Source: Nemertoderma westbladi
Taxonomy: Eukaryota; Animalia; Xenacoelomorpha
Direction of reading: 5' to 3'
DNA length: 64,000 nucleotides
NCBI GenBank assembly: GCA_032718475.1
Contig: JAUCBJ010008823.1
Coordinates: forward strand, 19,828-83,827
Shown: positions 35,916-46,832 of the stretch, in pieces
Layout: every line of letters starts with the position of its first letter
How positions within the stretch are numbered: the stretch's first letter is position 1
The notes under the pieces: generated by a model
Database searches by the model: none
What the model saw: only the letters and a program-made list of their open reading frames with translations
What the model was told of the DNA's origin: nothing
Translations under genes and position numbers: made by a program

Positions 35916-38900
35916 TTATTTACTAATATTAGTTGGAGATTTGTAGTCTCCAGACTCGTTACGAGTCTCTTCAAGAAGTACGAGACGTTGAGTCGGTCTG
36001 TCTACTGTACGACCGTCAATTGTCCGTACCGTTACATTTCTTGTCACTCCATCCATAGATGGATGTGTGTCTAAAATTACACCTGTTATCCAGAAGCGTC
36101 TTTTTAGATTCACTTCTGCTAACAGCACGTGATCTCCCGGCTTTAATGCGCGGGTGTTATTGTACCAGTTTGTTCTGGCAGAAATAGAGGGCAAATAATG
36201 GTTTTGCCATATTTCCCAGAATTTGTTAGCTAGTAGTTGCGTGATTTTCCACGCTTTTCTACCGTAGCTATCGCCTTCCATTGGAATAGAAATAGGCGTC
36301 AAAGTTGTCGGTGCCTGCATAAGCAGGTGTGCCGGTGTCAAAGCAAACTGAGATTGTTTGTCATCGGGTACTAATACTATTGGTCTAGTATTTAGTATTG
36401 CCTCGATTTCAACAAACAGTGTTGTCAGTTGGTCGTCTGTCAATATGTGGTTTACTGGAATGACCTTTGCCATTGCCGTTTTGATAGATCTAATCAATCT
36501 CTCCCAGACTCCGCCTCTCCATGGACTATCTGGAGGATTAAACTTCCAAACAATCTTGTAAGGATGTAGTTCGTTTGAGATTTGATCATGATCTAATTTC
36601 TTAAAGGCTCTAGCAATCTCATTTCGAGCACCAACAAAGTTTGTCCCTTGGTCTGAGTACAAGCACTTCACTAGTCCGCGTCTAGCGATAAATCGCCGCA
36701 ATGCTAGTATAAACGCGTTGGTGGAAAGATCCATCACACGTTCAATATGAACTGCCCTACTGGACATACATGTGAAAATCAGTCCCCAGCGTTTTACTAG
36801 TATACGTCCACGTTTCGTATGTATGGGACCAAAGCAATCAATTCCAGTCTCTGTAAAAGGTGGTCTGAATGCTTGAAGTCGTGCTTGTGGAAGTTCACTC
36901 ATTTCTTGGGTACCTATTCTAGAATGTACCTTTTTACAAATAATACACGTACGTGTCACTGAACTTAACGCTTTACTGGGTCTAATTAATACAAATCTTG
37001 TACGTAAGTAGGAAAGACAGTGGTGTCTTCCAGCGTGTTTCAGATGTAAATGTGCGTCCAGTATCATTGCACGTTGTAGTTCGTGATGCTGTGGTATTAT
37101 TATTGGGTATCTAAAGTTTGTGTTAAAGTCAATGTTTTGAAGCCGAGATTTATGACAAATTAAGCCATTATAAATAATCGGACTCCAACTCAGTATTGGT
37201 GACGACTTGATTGGTTGACCTTGATTTATAGATGTGAATTCGCGCGCGAAATATCGCAGTTGGTAATGGCGAATTAATTTAATTTCACACCTGTCAATCT
37301 CAGCCAATGTAAGCCGACGTGTAAAGTCTCGTTTGCCTTTAACGTATTGTACAAAACGTACAATCCACGCTAATTTTCGGCAAGCGTTTGTCCAAGAGTC
37401 TGTTAAGTTTACAATACGGTCGACGTGAGTATTTGTGACGTCATCAGGTAAGTCAATGGAGAATTTGGAAGGTTTTGATTTACTAGAAGGGCCCACGGGT
37501 CCGCCGGTAAGTATTCCCTTGTTGACTGTTGATCCGTCCGGGTCTACAAGTAATTTGTCCTTCTTCGTCTTCTTACCTTGGTTGTCAGTACTTTGTAAGT
37601 CGATCGTTAATGGTGGTTTGAACTCTATGGGGTCAGTGGGTTTCGGTAAACTTATTTTTCTGCCGATATTAATCCCGGGTCTCACCATAGGTTGCAAGTT
37701 TGGTATGTCTCTTGAGCGCAAAGTAACACCTGTATTTACAATAGCGTAGGTACTACCCACATCTGTAATACATGAGGTTTCACCGTGCTTATGGTTGCTC
37801 AAGTGTGTCAAAATTGGTAGTTTGTCAATACAAGGCCGCTCCAATAGGGAAACTGCGGCTTTACTATTTGTCAATATGTTACTAGTGTCTGGTAGAACAT
37901 TTTGTGACATGTCTGGTAAAATGTTTCGCGGAACATCCGGCGAAATATCTAGTGATGTGTCTGGCAAAACGTCTGGTTGACCGTCTAGTAACGTATCTGG
38001 TTGTTTGTCAATAGAAGGCCGCTCCAATAGAGAAACTGCGGCTTTACTATTTGTCAGTATGTCACTAGTGTCTGGTAGAACATTTTGTGACATGTCTGGC
38101 AAAATGTCTGGTTGAACGTCTGGTAATGTGTCTGTTTGACCGTCTGGCGATATGTCTGGTGTAGAAAGGCTCGTAAGTCTTCCGTTCTTGACCTTTGAAG
38201 TTATCGCTTTCCATTTCGCCTTCGGTTTTTTCTTGAGTTTAGCCGCCGTCCTTTTCTTTGCTTTCCCTTTCTTTGGTTTTTTAATTTCCGCGTCTTTAGG
38301 GATATTGTTAGACTTGTTGTCGTATAGTGGCGGCCAATGTTGTATTGATCCCTGCAAGAACCGTGGTCCGTGCTGCCAAAATTCTTTGTTCTCCGGTTTA
38401 CAGAATTCCTCAGGCATCATTCCTCGCGACGCAATATCGGCTGGGTTTTGTGGTCCGGGACAATGTCGCCAATCTTCTTTTATTGAACGGTCTAGAATTT
38501 CCGCGCGACGGTTAGCTACGAATGTCTTGAATTCAAGTATGTCGTTGTTTATGTAAAATAAAACCAACGTCGCGTCAGTCCAATAAAATATCTGTAAACT
38601 TGACTGTAGTTCTGTCTGTATAAGGTTCACAATTGTGGTTGACAGGGTTGCGGCTTGTAGCTCAGCTCGTGGTGTCGTCATATACTTAGTAGGCATTGTT
38701 TTTGCCTTAGAAGTAATGAGCGAAACATCGAATTCTTCTGAGTCTACTTGTCTGCGCAAGTACGCTGCCACACCAAAGCCGTTGTCACTGGCGTCGGAAA
38801 AACAATGTAATTCCAAGTTGTCAGGAAATGTTGTTTGTAATGGAAAGTATACTCTGGGTATGGAATAATCCTCTAACGAAGATAATTCTGCCTCCCAGGT

Positions 38901-41900
38901 TTTCCATAAGTCCACTTGGTCTGATGAGATCGGCTCGTCCCATGTTAGTCCATCCTTCCAAATACTGCGCATATAAATTCTGGCTTGCAGTATTATTGGA
39001 CTGATGAATCCTAATGGATCGAACAATCGGCTCAATTTTGACAAGCATGATCTCTTTGTCAGTGTGTTTTCTTGACTGTCCAGTCTCACCTTCACTCGAA
39101 AGTTGTCCGTGTTTGGGTCCCAAAAGAGCCCCAACACCTTGGTCGTCGGTAGTGGTTCGAACTCTAGGTCTATGTCACCACCTCCACGCTCAGTCGTTCC
39201 GAATGAGTCTACTAATTCGGCACTGTTTGAGGCGAATTTGGTGAGGTTGAAACCTCCGCCCGCTAAGCAGTCCCGTAATTGATGTGCTACTGTTATAGCA
39301 CGTTCTACTGTGTCACAACTCTGTAAACCGTCGTCGACGTAAAAGTCACGTTCCACAATCTTAATTATCTCTGGGTCATACATGTGTTTCTGATCCCTAG
39401 CGGCTTGCTTTAGGGCGTACATCGTACAGTTTGGGCTGTCCCTGGCACCGAAAACGCGAACTTGCATTTGGTAAGTCGCCGGTGGTAGACTTAAGTCTCC
39501 TTCCGGGTACCAGAGGAACCTCAAACTGTCTCTGTCTCGCTCTAACGCTCTCACTTGGTGAAACATAGCTTCGACGTCGCAAGTAAAAGCTACTTGACGC
39601 TGACGGAAGCGCATAATCACCCCCATAAGATAATTATTCATGTTTGGTCCATCCATCAACTCGCTATTGAGGGACATTCCCTCAAACAGAGCCGCACAGT
39701 CATTGACTACACGTACTTTGTCTGGTTTGTCGGGGTGTCTCACGAAGTGATGTGGCAAGTAGTATGTTTGGTCAGTCACTATCTCCGGGTTAGTCATTCG
39801 GATAGCGTATCCCTTGGACAAATACGTCTCCATCTGAGTGTTATACTGCAGATGGGCTTTCTCGTCCTTTAATAGACGTTGTCGTATTGAGTGTAGTCGT
39901 CTTAAAGCTAGTGGATAGTTATTTATAAGTTTAGGACTTTGGCTACGCCATAACATCCCTACCTCATAATGTCCGTCTTTCGTCTGGCGGATAGTATCTT
40001 CCATGATCTTCAAAGATTGTTTCTCCTGTTCCGACATACATGGTTCGTAGCTACCAGGTTCAGCTGTATCTTGTTCTAACCACCTGATAGTCTTCTCCGT
40101 TAATTCTTTGTCCAGTGCAGCTTGTTCCACTTGATGATTTCTTAACGCGTCATCATCGATATCGACGGGTATTGTTGAGGTTATTGGGGTAGGTAGACTC
40201 GCAAGCCTTCCGGCGTTATCATCTGTCGTCGATGGAATCTCTGGCTGACTCGTCTTCTCCCCAAGTTCTAAACTCACCTGGTTGATTAGCTGCTCCTTGT
40301 GACTTATCATACTAGTTACACATCTGTCATGTTTTGTCAAATGTAGTGTAGTATGGTCCACGTCGTGTGAAAAGGAATGAATTGAATTTGTAGTTAATAA
40401 ACTACATGTACTTTGTACATCGTCTTCCTCGTCACTTATGTCTAGTGTGCGCACAGGCGCTCGAGTATACCACCCTATCGGTGTTCTACAGGCGTATGCG
40501 TTTCCCGCTACGACTGCCGATGGTCTGGTTTCCCACACTTGATGTAGGTTGAATTGGTCTGTCCCGATCAGCATGGCTACCGATCTATAATTGACAGGAC
40601 ATTCAGGTACACCAAGGTGTCTGAAATACTTACGGTCCTCCAAGGATTGTTCTGGGACAGGACCTAGTAGGTTACTAAAGTCCTTGGTGGCCGCAAAAGT
40701 CAAATCCTTAAAGGGTAACAAAGACCTCTCCTTTTCGCTGTGTTGCGATTTCGGAAGAAGAGTGTCTAAGTTTAACTTAACTCGTGTCACTGGTATTGCA
40801 CGTTGTCCGTGCATACTACTTACGGTGTAACTGACGCGCTTACCTTGTCTGAGATCCGTCACGACATCAGCTATCTGCTCATCCACGTAGCTGTGAGATG
40901 AGGCTGAATCCAGGATAGCGTAGATTCTCTTGCTCCCTTTTGTGCCAGTAATCTTAATCGGAATTACACTGAAACCCTTTAGTTGGTCAGTCGTCAGAAG
41001 CGCGATCGATGGTTGTTCGTCTCCATCTGAATATACGTCGTCGTCTTCCGACTCTTCGTCCGACGATCCGGATTGTTCTGAGAAGCAATCCTTAATATGT
41101 GTCACGAAGGTTGGAGTCATTTTCGATTCTCGATTCTTGTAGGCCGTATTACATTTCGCTGCTGCTTCCGGGTGTTCCCTGGCGAAGCGTTTTGTCGGCG
41201 TGTGGCTGTCTGTGTGGAGCAGACCGTCGTGGTTGCGTCCACAGGATGGACAAGTGTCGGTATTTGGGCAATCTTTGCGGACGTGTCCGTGTCGCGTACA
41301 CCGCCAACAAGAGTCCAATGGTCGTATCTGCAGCCGTCGTTCTTCCGAGTTTAACTCGCGAAACTGTCGACAACCTCTCAACTTGTGACCGATATACCGC
41401 TTGCCTAAATGCTCGCAGTATTGGCAGCTGCTGAAGTCTGTACTGAGTTGCTGTCTAGTCTGTTTTATTCCAATGGGCGCGGATACCCTACTACCGTCCG
41501 AGAATTGTCGTGTTTCCGTCAGTGTGGCGTAAGTGGCCGTCTTGGTGGATGTTGTCTGGGGTTTTTGTCGGTTTGAGGATGGCAAGGTGATTCCTTCTGC
41601 TATGATGTGCTGGTCAGTGTAGTTGGATCGAGTTTCTACCACTGCTTCCCTGGATATCAAAAGGTACACATCTTCCAGTTTTAAGAATCCACCCCGCTCT
41701 TCCCGCTGGTATTCGATCTTCCTCCACTCCCGACGAAGTCGATGGTGGAGTCGTCCTATGATCTTTAATAGGACTGTAGGGGTATTCCCGTAGTCAAGTT
41801 GTCCAATGGATCTCAAAGTAGTGATAGCGTTCTTTATTTCGTCAGCCAGTTTCAATAAGTCGACGGGTTTAGTAATAGCCCCTCCCTTACAGAGTTCCTC

Positions 41901-43343
41901 TATCACTGACCTGGCCATGCTGACTGTACCTCCGTAGATCGAAGTTAAACGATCGTACGCTAGTTCGAAGGCGTCCGGTACACCAATGAAGGTCTCCGCC
42001 AAACGTTTAGGTTCTCCCGACAACGTTTGAAGCAGGTAATTAAACTTCTCCCGTGATGTAAAGGCGCACACGGCGATCTGAGATTCGATATAGTCTACGA
42101 AAGTGTGCCAGTGTTTTGAGCTACCGGAAAACTTAGGTGGTTGTTGCACCGGTAGTCCTTGTCTAGCTGCGAATTTCGCTATTTCCTCGGCAACGTTCAG
42201 AGTTTCACGTCCTTGGTTGGTAATCTGGTTGATGTCCCTTCTTGGCGCTTTTCCCTGATACGAAGTATTGGTCGATGGTATTTGTCTTTGCAGAACCTTT
42301 GGGTTTCTATTGTGTTCGAATTCGGAATTTCTCGAACTGTCGGTGTGAACTTCCTCCAAGCGTTCCTCGATCTGGGCCAACTTGTTGACAACTGGTCGCA
42401 GAATGTCGGCAAACTGTTGTGAACTGATTGCGTCCGTTGGTTGTAACGCCTTCTGTGTTGGTGTATTTTGTGGAGGATTGTCTACAAAGGAGTTATCTGA
42501 ACGCTCGCGTTTATATTCATCGGCCGCCCCTGTTCTAAATACCTCGCGTTTCGGGTAATCCGATTCGCTCGAAGTACTACTATCATCTGGATATGGTGGT
42601 CGACGTGCTCGCGTCCATTGCGTCGTACGAATTCTAACGTTTCGTTTCGGAACATCGTCCACTGTTCTCCGTTGTTCGGTAGGCTCACAAGTCTTCCTCG
42701 AAGTCGTAGATTGCGATGTAAACTGGTTGAACGGTCGCTTATCCACTGGTCTCCGTTGTTCGGTAGGCTCACAAGTCTTCCTCGAAGTCGTAGATTGCGA
42801 TGTAAACTGGTTGAACGGTCGCGTATCCACTAGTCTCCGTTGTTCGGTAGGCTCACAAGTCTTCCTCGAAGTCGTAGATTGCGATGTAAACTGGTTGAAC
42901 GGTCGCGTATCCACTGGTCTCCGTTGTTCGGTAGGCTCACAAGTCTTCCTCGAAGTCGTAGATTGCGATGTAAACTGGTTGAACGGTGGTCGGACAACAG
43001 CGTTTGAATCCAAAGGCCTTGTAGGCCTAAACGTCATTGGGTACGTGTAGTGCGTAACGAGTTTTGGTGTCGAAGGTGGACTCACCTGTTTTGTCGTCAG
43101 TAGTGCAGGTCCAGTCAACAAACTACTACGATCTGTAATCGGTGGGTTACTTACCTTGACTTTCAAAATAGGCGACGACGTTGCTCTTGAATTTGTCCGG
43201 AATAACCAACCTGTGTTCCATCGCACCATGGATAGGAGAAATATCACTACTACCCGCAATCGAAACAGGTTCCTTAGTTGTAACTGGTGCGAACATAGGG
43301 GTTCACTTGTGTCTTTCTGGGCTCCTCCCCGAGGCGCACCCAC
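35916..43343 (-). CDS. BEL/Pao Gag-Pol polyprotein (2475 aa; true start uncertain)
   Basis: DUF1759-like Gag (PPKFSG...EKFNYL), triple zinc knuckle, protease ILDSAS, RT (LPHH, DVEAMFHQV, FYVDD), RNase H (FSDAS, PRAEL, NPAD), integrase HHCC and core (DCFGP, SDQGTNF, GGVWER). Confidence 0.95.
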   Translation of the reverse strand: MGAPRGGAQKDTSEPLCSHQLQLRNLFRLRVVVIFLLSMVRWNTGWLFRTNSRATSSPILKVKVSNPPITDRSSLLTGPALLTTKQVSPPSTPKLVTHYTYPMTFRPTRPLDSNAVVRPPFNQFTSQSTTSRKTCEPTEQRRPVDTRPFNQFTSQSTTSRKTCEPTEQRRLVDTRPFNQFTSQSTTSRKTCEPTEQRRPVDKRPFNQFTSQSTTSRKTCEPTEQRRTVDDVPKRNVRIRTTQWTRARRPPYPDDSSTSSESDYPKREVFRTGAADEYKRERSDNSFVDNPPQNTPTQKALQPTDAISSQQFADILRPVVNKLAQIEERLEEVHTDSSRNSEFEHNRNPKVLQRQIPSTNTSYQGKAPRRDINQITNQGRETLNVAEEIAKFAARQGLPVQQPPKFSGSSKHWHTFVDYIESQIAVCAFTSREKFNYLLQTLSGEPKRLAETFIGVPDAFELAYDRLTSIYGGTVSMARSVIEELCKGGAITKPVDLLKLADEIKNAITTLRSIGQLDYGNTPTVLLKIIGRLHHRLRREWRKIEYQREERGGFLKLEDVYLLISREAVVETRSNYTDQHIIAEGITLPSSNRQKPQTTSTKTATYATLTETRQFSDGSRVSAPIGIKQTRQQLSTDFSSCQYCEHLGKRYIGHKLRGCRQFRELNSEERRLQIRPLDSCWRCTRHGHVRKDCPNTDTCPSCGRNHDGLLHTDSHTPTKRFAREHPEAAAKCNTAYKNRESKMTPTFVTHIKDCFSEQSGSSDEESEDDDVYSDGDEQPSIALLTTDQLKGFSVIPIKITGTKGSKRIYAILDSASSHSYVDEQIADVVTDLRQGKRVSYTVSSMHGQRAIPVTRVKLNLDTLLPKSQHSEKERSLLPFKDLTFAATKDFSNLLGPVPEQSLEDRKYFRHLGVPECPVNYRSVAMLIGTDQFNLHQVWETRPSAVVAGNAYACRTPIGWYTRAPVRTLDISDEEDDVQSTCSLLTTNSIHSFSHDVDHTTLHLTKHDRCVTSMISHKEQLINQVSLELGEKTSQPEIPSTTDDNAGRLASLPTPITSTIPVDIDDDALRNHQVEQAALDKELTEKTIRWLEQDTAEPGSYEPCMSEQEKQSLKIMEDTIRQTKDGHYEVGMLWRSQSPKLINNYPLALRRLHSIRQRLLKDEKAHLQYNTQMETYLSKGYAIRMTNPEIVTDQTYYLPHHFVRHPDKPDKVRVVNDCAALFEGMSLNSELMDGPNMNNYLMGVIMRFRQRQVAFTCDVEAMFHQVRALERDRDSLRFLWYPEGDLSLPPATYQMQVRVFGARDSPNCTMYALKQAARDQKHMYDPEIIKIVERDFYVDDGLQSCDTVERAITVAHQLRDCLAGGGFNLTKFASNSAELVDSFGTTERGGGDIDLEFEPLPTTKVLGLFWDPNTDNFRVKVRLDSQENTLTKRSCLSKLSRLFDPLGFISPIILQARIYMRSIWKDGLTWDEPISSDQVDLWKTWEAELSSLEDYSIPRVYFPLQTTFPDNLELHCFSDASDNGFGVAAYLRRQVDSEEFDVSLITSKAKTMPTKYMTTPRAELQAATLSTTIVNLIQTELQSSLQIFYWTDATLVLFYINNDILEFKTFVANRRAEILDRSIKEDWRHCPGPQNPADIASRGMMPEEFCKPENKEFWQHGPRFLQGSIQHWPPLYDNKSNNIPKDAEIKKPKKGKAKKRTAAKLKKKPKAKWKAITSKVKNGRLTSLSTPDISPDGQTDTLPDVQPDILPDMSQNVLPDTSDILTNSKAAVSLLERPSIDKQPDTLLDGQPDVLPDTSLDISPDVPRNILPDMSQNVLPDTSNILTNSKAAVSLLERPCIDKLPILTHLSNHKHGETSCITDVGSTYAIVNTGVTLRSRDIPNLQPMVRPGINIGRKISLPKPTDPIEFKPPLTIDLQSTDNQGKKTKKDKLLVDPDGSTVNKGILTGGPVGPSSKSKPSKFSIDLPDDVTNTHVDRIVNLTDSWTNACRKLAWIVRFVQYVKGKRDFTRRLTLAEIDRCEIKLIRHYQLRYFAREFTSINQGQPIKSSPILSWSPIIYNGLICHKSRLQNIDFNTNFRYPIIIPQHHELQRAMILDAHLHLKHAGRHHCLSYLRTRFVLIRPSKALSSVTRTCIICKKVHSRIGTQEMSELPQARLQAFRPPFTETGIDCFGPIHTKRGRILVKRWGLIFTCMSSRAVHIERVMDLSTNAFILALRRFIARRGLVKCLYSDQGTNFVGARNEIARAFKKLDHDQISNELHPYKIVWKFNPPDSPWRGGVWERLIRSIKTAMAKVIPVNHILTDDQLTTLFVEIEAILNTRPIVLVPDDKQSQFALTPAHLLMQAPTTLTPISIPMEGDSYGRKAWKITQLLANKFWEIWQNHYLPSISARTNWYNNTRALKPGDHVLLAEVNLKRRFWITGVILDTHPSMDGVTRNVTVRTIDGRTVDRPTQRLVLLEETRNESGDYKSPTNISK
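42655..42985. repeat. 84-bp in-frame tandem repeat (4 copies) near the Gag-Pol N-terminus
   Basis: FNQFTSQSTTSRKTCEPTEQRRPVDTRP; period 84 (42721, 42805, 42889, 42973). Confidence 0.95.
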
Positions 43344-44503
43344 GAGGCAGACACCTTTCCACCACCCCTGGGGCCAGTCCGACAGATGTTATTATCAGAC
43401 CGGGCCAGAGGGTGGCCTGATGCTTCCCGGGTTCTGTTTTCGGTCCCCCGATCACACCAGCACAGCTCGTCGAACGTGTAGCCAGATGGGCGGCTACTGT
43501 CAACTTACTGTGGCCTGACTGTACATTGAGCCAACTCAAAGTATAACAAAGAGTCAACCGGCAGGTGAACCAGTCGATAGCGATCGAGCACCAAGGTCGC
43601 CCTTGGGCCTAACCGACGGTCTTGTCCCAAGCGGGCTTGCGCTACCCAACATGGAATATTGACACGTTTTCACCTGCCTCGCCGGCAATATTGAGGGGAA
43701 GTAAGTTCCACAAACAATATTGACTAGCTCGAAAGCTAGGAACAAGTAACCACTTACCCGTCCTGTACACGTGTACTCAACAGATGTTCACGAAATCAAG
43801 TACACTATGGTAAACACAAAATCTGACACATACCATGCACACACAAATGACATAATCGGGTAAGACAAAATCGGGGTCAAAATCGGGAAAGACAAAATCG
43901 GAAGGGACAAAATTGTATCGACCGGAGGCAAATCGAGAGTACTTTATTTTACCGACAGGGTAAAATAACTTTGTGTGCACAAAGTATGCTGGGGCGCAGT
44001 AAAGTATGGTCCTACTAATACCAGCGGCGTCTGGTCCAACTGACAAGGGTTCCCATACCCACTCGCAGTGGCCACACATACAATCACGTGTACTCACGTA
44101 CCCACAGCAACAGAAAACTCAAGACCCGACGGTTTATTCCAATGCCACCAAAGACCAAGTCAGCTGAACATGGAGACAATAACATATAGTATCAAAAAAA
44201 AAAAAAAAAAAAACGGAACAGCTGACGGTCAATGGAACCATCCAAGCCCCAAGCAAACTGCCACTGATCGCCCACATACAAAACATAGTTCACGCCACAT
44301 GAGCCACAAATCATGCCATGCCACCACCCCTACTGTGTACAGGACTGGCAGTACGGCAACAGGCCGACTAGGCGATACCACGGCACCATGGCAATTCATG
44401 GTTTGTTAGACACGAGGGCCTTCAGTGACTCCCTAGCACTATAATTCCAATTTAACGTGCCCCCAGACCCTCACGAGTCCGCCGCCGCCTGTTTCAAGCA
44501 CCC

Positions 44504-46023
44504 CTATAGAGACCTCACCTCTTTAGGTACTTGAGGGAATCTTTGACATAAGTCTTTAACTAATTGTCGTTCCCGTCCAGGTGCTCCTATCGAACCTTCC
44601 TTCATTCGTTCCTGGATTTGGCGGTGCCTTACCTCTATCTGGTCCAAATCATGTCCGTCACGAGATCTCATCGATCGATCGCGGGCTAGAAGATCCAGAT
44701 TTTCCTTGGCTTCGGCTAATTCTCTCGCCTTCTTCTCAAGTTCGAAACGAAGTTTAACTTCCTTTTCTCGTTGTTCCGTTTGTTGTTGTTGCGCCTCGAA
44801 CTCCGCTTGTCGTATAGCTGATTGAGCTTTTATTTGCCGTGTCTTCATCTCGACTCTGGCTTCTGAAACTAACCTTTTTCTTTCTACTCTGCCACTGCCG
44901 TTTGTCGCTCTAACTTGGCTGCTGCCGTTTGTCGCTCTAACTCGGCCGCTGCCGCTGCCGTTTGTCGCTCTAACTCGGCTGCTGCCGTTCGTTGCGCTAA
45001 CTCGGCTGCCTCCGCTTGTTGGGCAATGTCCAACTCTAACCTTTCCATTTCGGCTGCTTCGAGTTCGGCTTGTTCCTGCAGATGAGAGATTCTCGCTACA
45101 TTCGCAACACGTATTTTCTCTTCCTCCACCGCTGCTTGTATCATTAGCAGTTGAGTTTGTTCTTCCATTTCGTGTTGCTGTCTGTAGAACTGTTGCTGTT
45201 GTCGAGCAACTTCTGACGTGACCATACTTCCCTCGCCAATTTCGCTACGAATACTTACCAACGATTGATCCAGTATTCCCGGTGCCGATTCGATTCGTAC
45301 GGGTGAAGTTTCCCTCGTATATTCCGGCACGGTTTCCAAATCGCCGAAGTCTTCGCCGCACATACGTAAGTGGTCCGTCAGATGTTTCAATTGTCCATCT
45401 AGCCTATACAGTTCCTGTTCTTCCTCGGGTTGTAATAATTTGTCCGAAACTGACTCACCTAACAACTGGTCTGCTTGTTCCTGTTGTATCTGTCTAATCG
45501 TCGACTTAAACTGAATCAGTTTCTCTCTAGCGATGATTAGTTTCTCGAGGATTCTGAGTTGTGTGTCCATATCCTGTCTCTGTCTAGCTAGATCTTGTAG
45601 ACCAATTAGGTTATCCACGGACTTATGTACTTTACTTTGTATTCTAACCTGGAGGGTGTAGAACTCGAATCGAGACATCGGAGCGGTCAACTCGTCTAAT
45701 ATGCGATGGCCTTCCCCAATACTCCTGGTAATATGCGCCATGTATCCTCCAACGCTTCTAACCACACTCTCCTGGCTTCCTACTGAACTTACCATGTCCG
45801 TTTCCCTGTATCTAGGTTGCGGAACAGTTAGAAAGTCCTCGGTCCTGCCGTCGCCTCGTACTACGGCATCCGGTACTCCCGTTGGATGTACTGGTGACGC
45901 ACACGGTGTAGGTTCGGTAGGCTCGCGAGTCTTCCCCTGTAGTTCTTCCGCTGCTGACTTATCCGCGTCACATGAGTCATAGTCGGTAGGTGTATTCTTC
46001 GTATAGTCTTGTTTGTCACTCAT
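44504..46023 (-). CDS. Upstream coiled-coil ORF of the LTR element (~506 aa, split by a 1-nt frameshift near 44885)
   Basis: E/Q/A-rich heptads. GAG-TA-GAA in place of the neighbouring repeat pattern GAG-TTA-GAG; restoring one T joins the 379-aa and 114-aa ORFs (ELERKRLVSEARVEMKTRQ). Confidence 0.7.
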
Positions 46024-46821
46024 TTCGGTAGTTGTAAGTCAAGTAAAATGTGAGTGTCAAAGTATCGAATTTACCGTATTTATATCTAAACGGTACTAAT
46101 TACAGTCATATAAAATTAGCCTACCGGCCGATTTTATAGCAGATGGATAAAATTAGCCTATGCGGCCAATTTTACAGCAAATAAATGTCATGGTATAAGT
46201 ATATAATAAAATTAGCCTAGCGGCCAATTTTATAACAAATAAATCGGATAACGATATGCGTTATCAAAAGGTAAATTAAATACAATAATACGGACTAATT
46301 CAGCAATGAACAAAGAAATCATACGGAATGCATAAATACTTGAGACAGTGGAACCCACAATAATTTTAACTAATACGGTAATGCCTAACTTATTTATGCA
46401 ACTTTTCGAACTCACCCACTCCAATAATTCTCCAGAAAAACAGATTCCCAGATACAAACCAGACGTGAACCTTTCCGTTTTCAGCGTTGCGGACGAAGCG
46501 CGATTTTCTCAACCAAAGTTGTTGGGTTATCTATCTCCCAAACTTGCTAAACACGGTCTTGCTCCCGTTACAGTCTAGAAATGAGTTCTGAATCCTGAAA
46601 AACAAAAGAGTTAGGTTTTACTTTACGAAAATTTTGTACCGGTACAATATGGTATTTAAACCCTTTTAAACACCGGTATTCAATTCCAAAAAATTTTACA
46701 CGCGGTTCAAATCAAATTTTATTTCAAAAAATTAGCACTTAGCTAATCAAATATAAACTTTTACCTCAAAATACAAAATTTTCAAATAACTTTAGTCCTA
46801 CCGAACCGTAGTTCAGTAAAA

Positions 46822-46832
46822 CATATTCCTAC
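46822..46832 (-). other. PBS-position sequence GTAGGAATATG (non-tRNA type)
   Basis: Abuts the 5' LTR end, has no TGG, and is the exact complement of an 11-mer inside both LTRs (47865-47875, 27740-27750). Confidence 0.6.
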
